This document shows, in pieces, positions 47,135 to 49,511 of a DNA stretch of 49,511 bases. A program made the position numbers and the translations under genes. The notes beneath the pieces are model-generated. The model did not search any database and was not told the DNA's origin. It was given only the letters and a program-made list of their open reading frames with translations. Origin of the DNA: Reclinomonas americana ATCC 50394 (Eukaryota); contig PS015114.1 of the NCBI GenBank assembly GCA_048213135.1, positions 82,237-131,747 on the forward strand. The letters run 5' to 3'. The first letter of the stretch is position 1. Each line of letters starts with the position of its first letter.

Positions 47135-48067
47135 TTGCAATCGGTGGCGCCCATTGTGTATCCTCGGTCACCACCGAGGTCACCCGTGCCGCGGACACCG
47201 CCGCCAAACCCGTTTGCGCAAGAGCAGGACTTCCCCGCGGTGGACTTGCCGCCGGTAATGGTACAACAACAACAACAGCAGCAGCCGCCGCCGCCGCCGC
47301 AGCCACCGCGACTCCAGCCTCCGCCTCCACCTTTTCCTCCTCAGCAGCAACAGCAACAGCAACAGCAACAAATGCCACCTCCCGCACACTCTGGCATCGA
47401 ATTGGGTGGCGCCGATGAAGAGACACCCGGCGGATTGCCGGCGTCGTTCCTCTCATTTCCTGTGGCGGGATCAGCGCCGCCCGCCGTCGCTGCCGCTCCT
47501 GCTCCTGCTCCTGCTCCCGTGATGCCTGCGATGCCGGCACCAGCGGTGCCTGCATTCCGGCTGCCTGCGGCCGACCCACCACCACCACCGTACCAGCCGC
47601 CATCGCTGGCAGTCGTCGATTTGGCGGACTTTTCCAGGTACCCCCAGCCAGCGGCGGCGGCACGTCCGGCGGCACCCTCCGGTGCCGCCAACGAGTACGC
47701 CAACTATCCGCCACCGCCTGCCTACTCGGAGTCGTCGTCTGTGGTGGTGACGTCGGCGGCGTACGCCGACCTGGTGAACACACTATGTCGCGAGGGATAC
47801 GATCGGCAGACGTGCGAAGTAGTCGCGGCAGTAGCGCCGCCAGGGGACGTGACAAGAATGCGTGTCATGTTGTCGTCGCATACCGAGTTGTGCTCCATGG
47901 GGTGCGTGCGTTGTTGGTGCTGCCAGTTGCATACACGTGATCGAGAAGCTGATTCTCGTTCTTTTCGTCGCTACAGATTTTCCCCAAATCAGGTGCTGGA
48001 CGCACTCGCCAGATGTGACTTTGACAAGCAACGGGCACTGGACCACATTATTGCGTCTCCAAGGTAG
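47135..48067 (+). CDS. UBAP1-like protein, 3' exons (Pro/Gln-rich linker and overlapping UBA/SOUBA-like repeats)
   Basis: LVNTLCREGYDRQTCE...HTELCSMG|FSPNQVLDALARCDFDKQRALDHII; stop TAG 48065-48067. Confidence 0.7.
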   Translation: MQSVAPIVYPRSPPRSPVPRTPPPNPFAQEQDFPAVDLPPVMVQQQQQQQPPPPPQPPRLQPPPPPFPPQQQQQQQQQQMPPPAHSGIELGGADEETPGGLPASFLSFPVAGSAPPAVAAAPAPAPAPVMPAMPAPAVPAFRLPAADPPPPPYQPPSLAVVDLADFSRYPQPAAAARPAAPSGAANEYANYPPPPAYSESSSVVVTSAAYADLVNTLCREGYDRQTCEVVAAVAPPGDVTRMRVMLSSHTELCSMGCVRCWCCQLHTRDREADSRSFRRYRFSPNQVLDALARCDFDKQRALDHIIASPR

Positions 48068-48168
48068 CTACATGTTGGCATGTGTGCTTCTGGTTGGCAA
48101 GGAAAGAAGGAGGGAGGGTGCGAGAAAAGAGTGAAGAAATCATTGGTATTGGTTGTTATTGTTTTACT

Positions 48169-49511
48169 TTATCGATTGTCGTTGAGTGTGGCCTCCACAT
48201 CCTCGAGCTCGCCACGTGGCAACAGCACGAACAACGTTGCACGTCCGTTGCGCGCCGTGCGCTTGGCCACCATCTTGTGGTCGAGAAACTCGCGCAGCTT
48301 CGTATCCAGATCACGGCTGCTGGTCACGGTGAATTGAGCACGACACCGTTCCAGGAATTCGGCGTAGTCCACTGCACGGCACACGAATGAGCCGTCGAAG
48401 AAGAAGAAGAAGAACCATCATACACCATGCGCTTTTCTCACCGCCCACATCTTTCGTCTCGTGACCATCACCCACTTGTTCGCGGAGCATCTCCAGCAGC
48501 GCACGGAAGATCTTTCGGTGGTTTGGCGTCAGAGTGGCCAACACACGACTGGCGCCACCGCTGTGTGGTGGTGTCGAACGCACGAGCAACGGTCATCAGC
48601 TACATGGCAGCAGCGCGCTGCAGAAACAACAAATAACCGCACCCGCTCTTGGTCTCCGGAGCCGCAGTGAAATGCACGGCCCATTCCCGACCGAGCTCGG
48701 CCGTGTACGGCTGGAAGGTGTCGACGTGGTGGCACACCCAGTGACCGCGGTGCCAGTTGCCCGACTCGAAGACTGCCAGCATCAATCATCAGTAACTGCC
48801 AACAAACCTCTCACTCTCTCACTCTGTCGCAACTCAGGCCACTGTTGACATTGTCGATGCTGGCCAACAGGTGCACTCGCGGGCACGTGGCCAGGCGCAC
48901 CAGCGCAGCCTCGATAGAGCGACTGCGAAGGCCGTCGCCGTCCAAGTTGTGGATCACCAACAACAGGTCCTTGCGTTCGCGCAAGTGTGCCGACTCTAGC
49001 AGCTGCAGCCTGTGTACACGCTCCCGTGCTCGATCCTCAGCATCCTTGCCATCCTCGTCGTCCTCATCCTCGNNNNNNNNNNNNNNNNNNNNNNNNNNNN
49101 NNNNNNNNNNNNNNNNNNNNNNNNNNNNNNNNNNNNNNNNNNNNNNNNNNNNACGATGGCGATGGTGGTGATGACGATGATGATGATGGCGACGACGGCA
49201 ATGGCGCTGCGGAAGAACCACCGCTGTTGCGTACCTGCTCCTCTCTCTCGTTGCTTTGCAGGTGCCAGATGAGCTTATGCGTGTGTCACGTGCGAGCAGG
49301 AAGAAGCGCCAGATCAGTGAGGCTACGGCCAGTACCATCGACCAGATGATGGGCTCGGGCAGTGCCGAGTACTTTACGGCGCACGCCAGTCGCCTCCAGC
49401 GATCGGACGAGTCGCTTGCCGATCTGGAGCTGGTGAAGCAGTCGGTATGTATCTCTGTCGTTTCCCCTCTGCCCCCCATCACCGCGCATCTCTCTCATCG
49501 TTTGTTTCTGT
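48169..49511 (-). CDS. ORC2: Origin recognition complex subunit 2, 3' part
   Basis: LLLVIHNLDGDGLRS, VHLLASIDNVN, HHVDTFQPYTAE, VLATLTPNHRKIFRAL and CRAQFTVTSSRDLDTKLREFLDHKMV. Stop TAA 48169-48171. Confidence 0.93.

Overview
Draft-assembly window (nine N-gaps) from a gene-dense, intron-rich eukaryote, probably a protist. Introns are mostly about 55-100 nt and (CT)n/(GA)n/(CA)n microsatellites are common. The ORF track is misleading here, so I spliced the genes by hand and recovered about 17: a PNUTS/PPP1R10-like 3' part, a P5B ATPase, an FkbM methyltransferase, an Asteroid/FAM120-like PIN nuclease, a putative mitochondrial TM protein, DTD1, a degenerate kinesin-like protein, two tandem EGF-PhoD phosphatases, an acylated orphan, cytosolic SerRS, a PDI-family protein, two tandem nucleoredoxins, a DCB-HUS protein, a UBAP1-like protein and the 3' part of ORC2. 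The most unusual signal is in the splicing code. At least 29 frame-supported introns use a 5' splice site shifted by one nucleotide (GT-T-GCG/GAG/GTG instead of GT-GCG/GAG/GTG), and 28 of them lack G at exon position -1. There are also 3-nt and 8-nt microexons, intergenic spacers as short as 29-73 bp, and a contig (44648-46471) that appears inverted in the assembly. All gene models are manual and lack transcript evidence.
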